NCBI RefSeq assembly: GCF_006345805.1
Contig: NC_043004.1
Coordinates: forward strand, 95,728,001 to 95,792,000
Direction: 5' to 3'
Length of the DNA stretch: 64,000 nucleotides
Source of the DNA: Octopus sinensis
Taxonomy: Eukaryota
Shown here: piece by piece, positions 25,052-38,895 of the stretch
How the letters are laid out: the number at the start of each line of letters is the position of its first letter
Position numbering within the stretch: position 1 is the first letter of the stretch
Translations under genes and position numbers: made by a program
The notes under the pieces: model-generated
Seen by the model: only the letters and a program-made list of their open reading frames with translations
Databases searched by the model: none
Told to the model about the DNA's origin: nothing

Positions 25052-25265
25052 TAAATAATAATAACAACATCAAAAAAATACCTTAGGAATGAGAACCCAG
25101 GTTCGAAATTTCCCCAAGACACCTGATGAAGGCTGGAGGGTATATCAGCCGAAACGTTGTGTTAACAACAAACAAGAGGAGGATAAATATCCGTCAAATG
25201 TAAATAATGTAAATAATGTAAATAATGTAAATAATGTACATAATTCCTCATCTCTTAAATATAGA
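24945..25265 (+). mobile_element. Composite SINE: tRNA-derived head, (AAT)n, Penelope-like tail containing a hammerhead motif
   Basis: A-box TGGCATAGTGG (24951), B-box-like TTTCGATTCC (~24995), CTGATGA..GAAAC at 25123-25155, (AATGTAAAT)x4 near the 3' end. Confidence 0.7.
25118..25163 (+). ncRNA. Minimal type-I hammerhead ribozyme motif (Penelope-type)
   Basis: Stem I GACAC/GTGTT; CTGATGA+A; stem II GGCTG/CAGCC; GAAA; palindromic AACGTT in place of stem III. Confidence 0.7.
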
Positions 25266-25279
25266 ACTGTATCATATAT

Positions 25280-25512
25280 ATATTTCTTTACTACCCACAA
25301 GGGGCTAAACACAGAGGGGACAAACAAGGACAGACAAAGGGATTAAGTTGACTACATCGACCCCAGTGCGTAACTGGTACTTAATTTATCAACCCCGAAA
25401 GTATGAAAGGCAAAGTCGACCTCGGCAGAATTTGAACTTGGAACGTAACGACAGACAAAACACGGCTACAAATTTCGCCCAGCGTGCTAACGTTTCTACC
25501 AGCTCGCTGCCT
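25280..25512 (-). mobile_element. SINE family B
   Basis: Homology to 6522-6745; tgtatcatatata duplicated on both sides. Confidence 0.88.
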
Positions 25513-26954
25513 TATTGTATCATATATATATTTGTCTAAACTAGCGGTCCATGTGGCTCTTGGGGTTGCATATAAGATTGTGTTGTTAAACCATATCTCT
25601 AATAAATTGGTCATACTTATACAAGGCACAAAGTATTTTAACAAGTGGCTGTGTGGTAATACATATCAAGCATGGCATGATTACATCTGCAAAGACAAAA
25701 AGAGTAAGGGATTCAAAAGTTAGCTATATCTAGGGTTTAAAATGGTTTAAGTGTAAGAATAGAATTTGCATTCATCTATAAATTTTTAAGAGGGTAAGTT
25801 CTTCAATGGTGAGTTTCATAAGAAACAAAAGTTAGAAATTTTTGGTGAATTTCTTAAATGTCTATTGGTGAAATATATATTAAACAAGGCATTATTACAA
25901 TAGTCATCATCTGAGAGATGTCCAGACTCCAATTGTCCGTTTTTGGAATGGTTTTTATGGCTGGATGCCCTTCTTAATGTCAACCGCTTTACAGAGTGTG
26001 CTGATGCTTTTTGCATGCCACCAGTACAATGCATTTATGTGGCACTGACACAAGTGCATTTAATGTAGCATTGGCACCTGCAATATAAAGACCTCTCAAC
26101 CAGGAGAGGGAGCAAAGTCATAAAGGACAAGCCAGTATGTATGGATGGCTGTGATTTTTACTCAGCATGAAGTGTCTTCTCAAGTACAGTGAATTACCTG
26201 AAGTCCCAGCCCCTTGTCATCTCCTCGGTGAGGCTCAGTAAAAACAGAAAAGAGTAGAGGACTCATAAGGGTTTAAATTACCTATATCTGGGGTTCGAAA
26301 ATTTCTAATTGAGCTAGTATGTTTAACAAGTGTTAGAGCTAGTATTTAGCTTGTTTTTCCGTTATCACATGTATTCATTGCAATGGTGAAATGAGGTTCC
26401 AAGAGTTCAGAAACATGTTGAAGTAGCAAAATCAACAAAAACATCTTATCTTGTATTTAAATATTTTCTTAGGCCTTTGATACTATTGAGTATAATATAC
26501 TTATCCAAAATGCATAAATGACATTACCTTCAGTTATCTGTGTTTAATCTGCTTCACTACCATACCTCCCATTTAATGGTTTCAAATTTTTAGCACAAGA
26601 CCAGTAATTTCAAGGGTGGGGGGAGTAAGTCAATTACATTGATCTAAGTTACTCAACTGGTATTTATTTTATTGGCCCAGAAAAGATGCAGGGTAAAGTC
26701 AACTTTGGTGGAATTTTAAAACAGAGCGGAAAAACAGACGAAATGCTTAACAGCATTTTGCCAGGTGTACCAGTGATTCTGCAAGTTCACCACCTAATAC
26801 TTCTCATTTATTAATTTGGTAGTTTCTGTTTACTTTCAGCTGCCATATGCAGCTAGACCTAGTACTTATTTCAGTTTGGTGTTTATTTCATCAATCCATA
26901 CATATCAAATTGCTAAGTACCCATTTGAGTTACGTCACTAGTTGTACACTGGTA

Positions 26955-27375
26955 ACTCTTTTACTCTTTTACTTGTTTCAGTCATTTGACTGTGGCAATG
27001 CTGGAGCACTGCTTTGTAGTCAAGCAAATCGACCCCCAGGACTTATTCTTTGTAAGCCTAGTACTTATTCTATCAGTCTATTCTGCCAAACCGCTAAGTT
27101 ACGGGGACGTAAACGCACCAGCATCGGTTGTCAAGTAATGTTGGGGACACAAACACAGACACACAAAACATATACACACACACATACATATATATATACA
27201 TAAATATATACGACGGGCTTCTTTCAGTTTCCATCGACCAAATCCATTCACAAGACTTTGGTCAGCCTGAGACTATAGTAGAAGACACTTGCCCAAGGTG
27301 CCATGCAGTGGGACTGAACCCGGAACCATGTGGTTCATAAGCAAACTACTTGCCACACAGCTACTCCTATGCCTA
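26955..27375 (-). mobile_element. SINE family A
   Basis: Homology to 3043-3450. Confidence 0.88.
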
Positions 27376-28319
27376 TAAGCATAAGCACAGACATTAACAA
27401 GAACAAAAATATATATGTATATACATGTGACAGGATTCTGTACAGTTTCCTCCAACTAAATTCTATACACAAAGCATCAGTCAGCCCAAGGTTACAGAAT
27501 AAGGCGTTCCACGGTGTGATTGAACCTGGAACTGAATGGTTGTGAAGTAAACTTCTTAACTACATAATTATGCACACAAATACATTTACATATAGAGGCA
27601 TACATACAGACACATACAGACACATACATCACACCTACACACACACACACATCACACACACACCACATACAAACAAACATGTCTATGTTAAACTGTTATT
27701 CAGTCTTCCACAAATTTGCAGGCAGGTGTCAACAAGAAAAGAAGAAATGCTTTAATCAAAAGAAGAAGGCTAAAAACTTAACACACTTCCTCTCTTTCAT
27801 GTTCATTGATAGAGTCAAGTTCTTTAAAAAGTTGTCTTCAATCAGGTTTCTTTAGGGTTTCTTTACCTCATTTTTGAATTTTATCTTTTTTATTTTATGT
27901 CTTTGATGTGAAATTATTATAGTACTTTTTTTGGTTTTTGTTTTTGTTATTGTTTTTTTTTGTTGTTGTTATTTTCTCTCCAGTTTAGAATTTTTGAGAA
28001 TATATTTCATTTCTGCTTGGTTTCTTTATGACTTTATTTCATTTTGGTAGAAATATTTCGGTAATTTTGACAGTTAAATGTCAGCTGAACTCAGTCCTTC
28101 CTCTGCTGAATTAAGTTCCAGAGTTACTCAAATTTAAATGTTTATGAATAAAAATTACACACCAGCTGCATATGTTCCAGCTAAGTGTCTCCTGCACACC
28201 AACTAAAGTTATGAAAGAATCAGTTAATTAAGTTAGTTTAAGTAAATTATTTTTGTTATTTGCAACACTTTGTAAATATTTACAACAATTTTATGTGCAG
28301 TAAAAAGTGAGCTCTCATT

Positions 28320-28419
28320 NNNNNNNNNNNNNNNNNNNNNNNNNNNNNNNNNNNNNNNNNNNNNNNNNNNNNNNNNNNNNNNNNNNNNNNNNNNNNNNNN
28401 NNNNNNNNNNNNNNNNNNN
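28320..28419. other. Assembly gap (100 N)
   Basis: Run of exactly 100 N, a placeholder for unknown length. Confidence 0.99.
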
Positions 28420-28972
28420 TAAAACTATAATGGTTTAAAGTGTATACATCAGTTCTGAATGCAAAAATACACACAGAATCTATTCTTCATGGAGATTTTT
28501 TGTTTCCAGATCCATCTGATGATTACCATGTGCAAGAAACTTGGTACAGAGATGAAATTAAAATCATGGACCATTAGTCATCACCATCTATTATAAAATA
28601 ATAATTAGTCTAATCTACTATCAGTTTTGAGAATTCTTATTTGGTTCATGCAACAAAAAATATCAAATGTATGCCATGGAAACCATACTGGCATAAATAA
28701 AAAAATGTAAAAAAAAAATAAAACCCAATGAAATAAGGAAAAAACACCAGTTACAACAAACTATATATGTATATAAGTGTCCAAATGTGTTGGTGATTTT
28801 ACACCCCCCACCACACTCAGACACATATATCCATATATACATATACATATATATATATATATATAAACACATATACAACTGCATGGATGTGTGTGTGTAA
28901 TAATATATATATATACATATATACGTATGTATATATAATATACATATCTACATACATACATACACATACACA

Positions 28973-29024
<52 letters not shown>

Positions 29025-29638
29025 TATACACATATATATTTATGTGTGTATATATAATCATGCCTACACATAATCATATAAGCTCACAATATGGCCATAC
29101 ATACTGACACACATATTTCATTATTTGTGCAAGTCCCACTGCAGGCAGTCTGCAAAGTGACGATGTTGTTATGGCGCTGATTTCTATCATAATGGTCATT
29201 GAATAAAGAGAGGTCCATCACCAAATACATGACCCATAGCATAATCACAAATCACACACTTACCATTCCTTTAGCAGCAAACAGTTACCATAAATCTTCT
29301 CTCACTCCACGTCTCATTCTCTCTCCTTTCTTTTACATGTCCCGACTTCTTTCTCTCTGTCTCTTTTCTTGATTTATATCTTCATATCTCTATCTTTCCC
29401 TCACTCTTTTTTTATATACACCAACATCTGGATTTAGCTATCTTTCTCTTTCTTCACACACACATATGCATGAATATATAAAGGGATAGATAGATAGACA
29501 GAAAGATATTATACATATATTTGCATATATTTATATGTGTATGTGCGAGTGTATACACACATACACCAATTATACATATGTATCTGTGTGATGATGGATG
29601 TTTATATATATATATATATATACATACACGGACACACA

Positions 29639-29701
<63 letters not shown>

Positions 29702-29858
29702 GATTATATATATATATGTGTGTGGTGTTTTATGTATATATATATATGTATATAATATATCATAACCACACACAGATATATATATATATATATATGATAC
29801 ATAATTACATAATATGAAACACATAGCAGATATGTGAGTGCATGAGTTCATGTGTGTG

Positions 29859-29903
<45 letters not shown>

Positions 29904-30573
29904 AAGTGTGCGTGTGTGCATCTCTGTCTGGGTTTTCGGCTGTGTAGAGAAAGAGGGCAGAGTATGAAGAAAAGATAATTGAAGAGAGAGAGAGAGAGGA
30001 TGAAAACAAAATAAAAAAAAGCAAACAAACATTAAGGATAAAGAAGAGTAAACAAAAATATAATACGAAAAATCTCTGCAAAAAAACAAATAGATAAAAC
30101 AGACAAACAAACTAATAAACAAATAACATAGAAACAATATACCCAAAAAAAAGCAACATACACAAACAATATAAGAACTATATATTGGAAAGAAAACAAA
30201 GTAAAAAGTTAAAATATCCATGAAAATCACCAAAATGAAAACAAATACAAAAAAAATAAAAAAACATGAAGGACGGATAATGTTGTTTTTTGCACCTCAT
30301 AGACAAAAGAGGGCTAAAATGAGATAGATTTAATAAATCTTCAAGATTGTTCAGCAATGATATTTAAGAGGAATTACCCATTATAGCAAACCAAGACATT
30401 CTTCGTGTTCTCATTCCCACTTCTTTTCCTTCATCTTTTTCGTTTGTTTTATTCTTTATTTCTTCATTCTTCTTTCTTCTTCAATCTTTGTGTCTATCTT
30501 CTGCTTCTTCTATCACTCTTCTTTAAACACTCATTCTTTGTTGTTTTACACACACACATATATATATATACAT

Positions 30574-30618
<45 letters not shown>

Positions 30619-30668
30619 ATATATATATATATACATACATATATTATATATATATACATACATATATC

Positions 30669-30747
<79 letters not shown>

Positions 30748-30749
<2 letters not shown>

Positions 30750-30826
30750 AGAAGAAGATGGTTTTTCAGAACATGGATGGAGTGAGATGGCAGAAGGTTA
30801 GAAGGAGACAAGATGTGTGTTATGTG

Positions 30827-30866
<40 letters not shown>

Positions 30867-30952
30867 CACATACACGCACAAACACACATCTTGTCTCCTT
30901 CTAACCTTCTATCATCTGACTCCATCCACATCCTCAAAACCCATCTTCTTCT
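30748..30952. repeat. Inverted repeat (~70-bp arms) around a (TA)n/(TG)n spacer
   Basis: 29-bp perfect core agaaggttagaaggagacaagatgtgtgt and its reverse complement; outer parts diverged. Confidence 0.9.
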
Positions 30953-31704
30953 GTTTGAGAACTTAGCTGAAACAATTTCCCATTTATTCATCCTTGATAA
31001 ATCTGAGATTGTTTTATTATCAATACTCTCAGACGAAAGGTATCTCTCCTCCCACTCTCTCTCTCTCTTTACATACATATATAGATACATACACATGCAC
31101 ACACACATATATAATGCATACATGCATACACACATATGCATATATATATATAATATATATATTTAACATATATATATATATATATATTCACGCACGCACA
31201 CATGAATACTCACATATCTATCTATAGTCATCTATCCATATACATACACACATATATGCATACATATATATACATGCATATATAGGTGTCTTTTTCACTC
31301 TATCAAAATCTCACAGTACGTGTCTCCTTGATCAGTCACACATACACACACACATCTACTAAAACCACACACCTTTCCTAAGAAACAAATGCACACAAAA
31401 ATACATGCACACACATATACTAAACATCCTATTTAAATGGTTTTTCATTGAATTATTCTCCAGAGAATTACTGTCAATGACTATATATTAAAAGCAGTAT
31501 TTTGTATAACTGTATTTACGGAAAGTTGTTTTACCAATATAAACACGCATACTAGTTGTTGTTTACTTTCATATTAATCAATCAATCTCTTACAATAGAA
31601 GTGAACCACAACCCATGTATGTGTTTATGTTAGCAGAATGACCCTCCTAAAAGGCAGTAATATCTACTTTTATATGCATTTTCACATGAAAAATATCGTT
31701 AAGC

Positions 31705-32100
31705 ATAGGAGTGGCTGTGTGGTAAGTAGCTTGCTTACCATCCACATCGTTCCTGGTTCAGTTCCACTGCGTGGCACCTTGAGCAAGTGTCTTCTACTAT
31801 AGACTTGGGTCAACCAAAGCCTTGTGAGTGGATTTGGTAGACGGAAACTGAAAGAAACCTGTCGTATATATGTATATATATATTTATATATATGTGTGTG
31901 TGTATGTTTGTGTGTCTGTGTTTGTTCCCCCAACATCGCTTGACAACTGATGCTGGTGTGTGTACATCGCCGTAACTTAGAATAAGTGCTAGGCTTACAA
32001 AGAATAAGTCGCGGGGTCAATTTGCTCGACTAAAGGTGGTGCTCCAGTATGGCCACAGTCAAATGACTGAAACAAGTAAAAGAGTAAAAGAGTAAAGAGT
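31705..32100 (+). mobile_element. SINE family A
   Basis: Homology; (AAGAGTA)n tail. Confidence 0.88.
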
Positions 32101-32454
32101 TAATTATATATTAAAGAAGACATTTTATTACACTGTGTAACATGACTTTTGACGTTGGTTCGTATCTGATCTTTCCAATTTGCTCACTCCTAGAAAGACT
32201 GAAAAATGGTTGTACTATGGCAAAAGACATTCAAGCCATGACCATCTCTTCTGTTTATTTCAGATGTATAGCTGTGATTGTATTAGCCAATGTGTTATTC
32301 TCTCCTAATATGACAAAATATGATTTGAAGGAGATTTGGCTGCAGTTTCTAGGAAAACGAGTGACTATGCACAATCAGTCAGGATATGTAGAGCTTCCTC
32401 TTTGGTTTGTGAGAATTCTTCAGCCCTCATCATTGGTAAATATATTTGCAGACC

Positions 32455-32722
32455 AGAGTTATGATCCACTGGATGTGTAATGTCAGTGTGCACATACAAC
32501 AGTGTGTAAGCACCCTGAGAAAAATGTTGGACATAAGAAGCATCAGATGTGGTGTGCAAGAGACATGACTGCATTGGTATGGTCACGTGCTGTGTATGGA
32601 TAAGGAGAGCTGTGTGAATAAAGTATCACTCCCTAACAGTGGAAGGAACCTGTGGAAGAGGAAAACCCAGGAAGACATGGGATGAGGTGGTGAAGCATGA
32701 CTTTTGAACATTGGGCCTCAAC
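32455..32722 (+). mobile_element. RTE-LINE C-terminal fragment
   Basis: Nucleotide match to 20830-21085 (WMCNVSV..GRGKPRKTWDEVVKHD). Confidence 0.85.
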
Positions 32723-32737
32723 GCTTAATTGTTAGAG

Positions 32738-32864
32738 CAGTGTTTCTCAACCTTTTTGCCCTTGTGTAACCCTTAAAATAAATGACATTTCAAGGAACCA
32801 CTGCACAAAAAATATTATACACCATATCTTTTTCATATTTTTTCTTCATAGTTCATGTGGTAAA

Positions 32865-32905
<41 letters not shown>

Positions 32906-32917
32906 TATATATACATC

Positions 32918-32961
<44 letters not shown>

Positions 32962-33246
32962 TATATATATCCATACATATATATATATATATGTATGTAT
33001 GTATGTTTGTATGTATGTATGTATGTATATATAAATATGTGGTTGCTATATACTTTTGATAACATAATAGATTAGATAGAATGATGTCTATATTACAATA
33101 TTACAATAACCAGTAATGTGTTGTGCATGTATAGTAATATTATGATCATGAAATTAGCATTAGCTTATCTCATTCTTTCTCGCAGAACCCCTAGGAACCT
33201 TTTGTGGAACGCTAGGATTCCAAGGAACCCGGGATGAGAAACGCTG
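32738..33246. mobile_element. hAT (Charlie-like) MITE
   Basis: Termini CAGTGTTTCTCAAC / GATGAGAAACGCTG; 8-bp flanks tgttagag / ggtttgag (6/8 match). Confidence 0.55.
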
Positions 33247-33494
33247 GGTTTGAGTATTGGACTCGTGATCGTAAGATTGTGGCTTTTGATTCCTGGATTG
33301 GATGATGTGTTGTGTTCATGAACAAAACACTTCATTTTACACTGCTCCAGTTCACTCAGTTGGCAAAGATCAGATAATCCTGTGACAGACCAGCGTCCCG
33401 TCTGGGTGGGGAAGTTATATGCCATGGAAACTGACAAACCAACCTTTATGAGTTGACATGACTCGATAAGGTAACTTTAGCTCTTTTATCTATC

Positions 33495-33770
33495 TATCTG
33501 CTCAGTCAAAGTCGACTCTTGTTACTTGGTGGATTAGTGTCCTCCAGTCAGTTCTATCCTGGGCCGCTTCTTTCAGATTGGCTATGTCCATTCCAGTATC
33601 ACTCTTGATAGTGTCAAGCCAGCGGGTTCTTGGTCGGCCTCTTCCTCTCTTGCCACTGACCATTTCGAGCATGATGTCCTTCTCCGGGGATTTTCTCTGC
33701 ATAATATGACCAAAATATGCCAATCTATGCTTGGTGATCCTAGCTTCTAGCGACATTTATATACAGCTGT
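33495..33770 (-). mobile_element. Second RTE family (BovB-like) C-terminal fragment
   Basis: SLEARITKHRLAYFGHIMQR..EKDIMLEMVSGKRGRGRPRTRWLDTIK..LKEAAQDRTDWR. Confidence 0.85.
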
Positions 33771-35379
33771 GTATACAGCTATGTTAATCACTTTACTAAG
33801 GTGACACCACAATTTCAACCATCCAACAAGTTAGGATTATTCATATTAGTGGCATGCCAATGGAGAGTTCATACCACACAGTGTCAAAGTAGGGGATTAT
33901 ATATATTTGACATAGCTTACATGAATCCAAACTGTGAATTGAAATATGCTCTATCTGACACTGAGGAATCCACATCATCAAAACACAATCAAGTTATTAA
34001 TTATTCCCTCAATGTCATTTTTCTTATTCTTTTTCTCATTAAATTCTCTTCATCACTTTTAGAATGCAAGTTCAACAGTTCGTTCTTCTATTTTTTGAGA
34101 TTGATTATAATGCTTGTTCCAGCATGACACTCCTCAGACAGATGCTTCACATCTCTATCAGTTCTCCCAACAACTTGATTTCATGAGGTATTGATAAATA
34201 TCCTATTGCTGACAGATATGTACAGGAATATTTGACACTTTTACCACAGAATAAAACACATGTACGTGTTGCTATGACAGGTGCAGCCAATAAACTGATA
34301 CCAACCTTAGACAGTGGCAGTCACAGTGTAGAACACGTGGCATGTAACAGTTGTATATCAGTGGCTTTCTGAGCACTTTCTGGAACTTTTAGTTTGTGGT
34401 GCTTCTCTCAAAAACCTTTTGGGTTTTTAAGGTTCTTTTGAATTCCATATAAAAGAGTGTCAATGCACAAAATTTTTTTTGTTGGAAAAAATATATAGCT
34501 ATAAAATAAAATATTTATATAGTCAACCGGTTTCACTTATGCTAATCATGAGTAAGTAGTTACAAAGCCCAAATTTGGAAGGGTGCATTTTATGTACCAC
34601 CAGCATGGGTGCCTATTACATGACATTGGTATCAGTCATGACTATGGTTTCCCTTGGCTTGACAGATCTTCTCAAGCATAGCCTATCACCAAAGGTTACA
34701 GTTACTCGTTATTGCCTTCCTTTTAGCTAATTAATCACTCTGTTTTCCATATATATTAGAATAATATTCTATTACCACTATGAAGTATTTATTCACTTAT
34801 CTATCATAAATACTCACTTTTGCAGTTTCATTATTGACCCATCCTAGTTTGAACCCACTAGGCTAAAAGGTCTTTCTTTTATTATTTGCAAGCCTTTCGT
34901 ATGCCTGTTTTGGATATTTCCAGAATTTTCCCCATATAATAGTGGCTATTCATGCAGCATATGAACAGCCTTACATGGCTGTAAACCTTTCACATTTAAA
35001 GTATTTTGCTACATGTTGTGTACTTGAGTGGTAGAAAAACATTTTGTCTGATAATTTTGTATAAATGGTGTATACTTATGTTTTTTCTCATATGTTATTT
35101 CAATTCTCAGGGTTTCTATTTTCAAAAGTATTTCATGAGTGTTGTTTTTAAAGATATGGAAGGAGAACGTTTAACAATGATGATGATGATGATGATGATG
35201 ATGATATCTTTTAATTTACACATACATACACAACACTCACACACACAAACATACATACACACACAAACACACATACAAACACAAATATACTTACAAAAAC
35301 ACAACATACACATATGTTTTATGTTGTATGTGTGTAAAATGAACAATATATTTATCAAATCTCATAACACTTACAAAAT

Positions 35380-35802
35380 TCTTCTCATTTCACTATTGCC
35401 CACAAGGAGCTAAACATAGAGGGAACAAACAAGGACAGACAAGGGAATTAAGTCGATTACATTGACCCCAGTGTGTAACTGGCACTTCGTTTATTGACCC
35501 CCAAAAGGATGAAAGGCAAAGTCGACCTCGGCAGAATTTGAACTCAGAACGTAACGGCAGACGAAATACCTATTTCTTTACTACTCACAAGGGGCTAAAC
35601 ACAGAGAGGACAAACAAGGACAGACAAACGGATTAAGTCGATTATATCGTCCCCAGTGCGTAACTGGTACTTATTTAATCAACCCCGAAAGGATGAAAGG
35701 CAAAGTCGACCTCAGCAGAATTTGAACTCAGAACATAACAGCAGACGAAATACCACTAAGCATTTCGCCCGGTGTGCTAACGTTTCTGCCAGCTCACCGC
35801 CT
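35380..35802 (-). mobile_element. SINE family B head-to-tail dimer
   Basis: Two bodies joined at gacgaaatacctatttctttac (~35561-35583); single head. Confidence 0.88.
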
Positions 35803-36763
35803 TCAAAACACTTATAAAATTCTTCTGAGAACAGAAAGCCTGTGTATTGAACCAGCATTCGAGCAAAAGAATTGAACGTAAAAAAAAAGAATAAAACTAA
35901 AACTAGTGAAAAAAAGAAGAAAAGAAAAATCCAACACCCACCAAGAAAATTGAAATGATATTTGAAAGTGGAAGCTGCATGGAGTGACCATGTTCAACAA
36001 TATAATCTTAGACATAACAACAATACCAATAAATACAACAACAAGAATGATGATTTTGAAACATTTCATTATATACAACAACAAATAAGACTTGTATTCT
36101 GTAAAATCAGGAAGGCAAATAGAAGAGGAGGAACAAAGACTACAATAATAATAATACAAAAATAATATTAAATAAAATATGACTTCAGGTAAACTGAAAC
36201 TTTGGACATGTTTAATCCGGATTAAAATAAATCAATTATAAATAATACCCTGTCATCTCGTCTCTATTCCTTCCTTATCACTTATTAGATGAAAGTAAGA
36301 TTCAGAAATAGTGAGAGAGTGTCCCAAAACCTCCGTCTCGCTCTCTTTTTATCTCTTGGAATGAAAAAAAGGAGAATGAAGAAAAATGAGTAGTTGGTGT
36401 TGATGGTGGTGATAGAGTTGGTGGGAGATTGTGATAAAATAATTATGAATTATAAAAAATATGACGAAAAATGGACTGGCAGAACAGTGTGTGTGTCAAA
36501 CAAAATACCGGTGGTAGCTCGCAGTTCAAATCAAGCAAAGATCTGTTTTGTTTTTCGTTTCACTCCCCAGTCTGGTGGCACAATGTGTGAGTCAAAAATA
36601 CAGTACTAGTGGACGTGCTAGGATTAACTTAATATTCTTAAGCAACATTGCAAAAACTGTATGAAATTATGCAAAAATGAAAAATATTATTGGGTACAAG
36701 GTCAGAAATTTGAAGGGAGGGTGCAAGTTGATTACAATGATCCTAATACTTAACAGACACTTA

Positions 36764-36926
36764 GGCGTAGGAGTGGCTGTGTGGTAAGTAGCTTGCTTAC
36801 GAACCACATGGTTCCGGGTTCAGTCCCACTGCGTGGCACCTTGGGCAAGTGTCTTCTACTATAGCCTTGGGCTGACCAAAGCCTTGTGAGTGGATTTGGT
36901 AGACAGAAACTGAAAGAAGCCCATCG

Positions 36927-36967
<41 letters not shown>

Positions 36968-37175
36968 ATATGTTTGTGTGTCTGTATTTGTCCCTACAAC
37001 ATCGCTTGACAACCGATGCTGGTGTCTTTATGTCCCCGTAACTTAGCGGTTCATTAAAAGAGATCGATAGAATAAGTACTAGGCTTACAAAGAATAAGTC
37101 CTGGGGGCGATTTGCTCAACTAAAGGCATGCTCCGGCATGGCTACAGTCAAATGACTGAAACAAGTAAAAGATTA
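36764..37175 (+). mobile_element. SINE family A
   Basis: Homology. Confidence 0.88.
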
Positions 37176-37179
37176 AAGA

Positions 37180-38329
37180 TATTTATTTCATTGACCCTGA
37201 GAGAATAAAGCTACCCTCTGCAGAATTTGAACTCAGTACATAATGATGAATAAAATGCTGCTAACCATTTTGTCCAGCATGCTAAAGACTCTGCCAACTT
37301 ACCACCTTTATAATCATGATAATGGCTTCAAATTTTGGCTCAAGGCTAGCAATTTCGGAGAGTCCAGTCAATTACATTGACCCCAATGTTCAACTGGTAA
37401 TTATTTCATTGATCCTGAAAAGATGAAAGGCAAAGTCAACCTTTGCAGAATTTGAACACAAAATGTAAAGATGGTCAAAATGACACTAAGCATTGTGTCT
37501 GATGTTAGCAACTCTGCCAGCTCATTGCCTTCATAATAATAATAATAATAATAATAATCATCATCATCATCATCATCGTTTAACGTCCGTTTTCCGCACT
37601 AGCACGGGTTGGACGGTTCGACCGGGGTCTGGGAAGCCAGAGGCTGCACCAGGCTCCAGTCTGATCTGGCAGAGTTTCTACAGCTGGATGCCCTTCCTAA
37701 CGCCAACCACACCGCGAGTGTAGTGGGTGCTTTTTACGTGCCACCTGCACAGGTGCCAGGAGGGTCCGGCATCGGCCACGATCGGTTGGAGCTTTTAACG
37801 TGCCAACGGCACGGGAGCCAGCCAAGGCGGCGCTGGCAACGGCCACGTTCAGATGGTGCTTTTTATGTGCCACCGGCACAGAAGCCAGTTGAGGCAGCGC
37901 TTTCTACAAGAGGCATGAGGCCTAAAATTTTGGCGGAAGGTATTAAGTCAATTACATTGAGTCCAGTACATAATTGGTACTAATTTTATCGACCCCGAAA
38001 GGATGTAAGGCAATGTCAACCATGTTGATATTTCAACTCAAAACCTAATGGCTGACAAAATGCCACTAAGTATTTCACCTAGCATGCTAGTAATTCGGCC
38101 AGCTCACCAAAGATCCTTTTTACAATAGGCACAAGGCCTGAAATTTGGGAGTGGGAGTTAATCGATTACATTGACCCCAGTACTCAACTGGTACTTATTT
38201 TATCGACCCCGAAAGGATTAAAGGCACAGTCGACAACAGTGGAATTTGAACTCAGAACATAAAGATGGATGAACTACCACGAAACATTTTGCCTGGCATG
38301 CGAATGATTCTGTCAGCTTGTCACCTTAA

Positions 38330-38418
<89 letters not shown>

Positions 38419-38895
38419 ATTCCTAGTAGAGTTCCTATAGAAAGTTTGCCTCTTACGGACAGCAAGGATTATCAGGAGGGTTCTAAGAACTTGAAAGACT
38501 GCTGAAAACTTGTGGATCCCTAAGGTTACAGGTAGTAACCTGCTTACCACATAATTCCTACCAGGAATAAGACTGAACCTGAACCAAACCAAAATAATAA
38601 CAATATAATAATAATGGTTTCTTTTATTTGTTACCAGGGCAATGGATGAAGGAGACAATACAAGGATAATCATAAAGTGTTGGGGTTTACATATAATCCT
38701 TTCTGCTAAAAGCACAAGGTCTGAAAGTGAGTGGGAGGGGACTAGTCAATTACTGGTAATTATTTCATCGACCTCGAAAGGATGAAAGGCAAAGTCAATC
38801 TTGGCGGAATTTGAACTCAGAACATAGCGACAGGTGAAATACCACTAAATATTTCATCCAGTGTGCTTACAATTCTGCCAGTTCGCCACCTTGGA
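37180..38895 (-). mobile_element. Cluster of ~5 older family B SINEs plus an RTE 3'UTR (37558-37900), separated by microsatellites
   Basis: Repeated ttgacccc..gaaaggatgaaaggcaaagtc..gaatttgaactcag blocks. Confidence 0.8.
38417..38605 (+). mobile_element. R4/Dong-type 3' end (third family) between (AAT)n tracts
   Basis: KVCLLRTARIIRRVLRT* resembles the terminal ..LLGTARIxRRVL motif; short 3'UTR running into aataataac. Confidence 0.6.

Noticed and set aside
28505-28550. CTGATGA...GAAAC..GTA hammerhead-like string
   Set aside because: Stem II is only 2 bp and stem I does not pair at the core; consistent with chance.
29258-29300. Minus-strand ATG|GTAAGT donor
   Set aside because: No acceptor, promoter evidence or partner exon; isolated consensus hits are expected by chance.
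34187-34369. Short open frame GIDKYPIADRYVQEYLTLLPQNK.. in unique DNA
   Set aside because: No recognisable homology and only weak splice sites.
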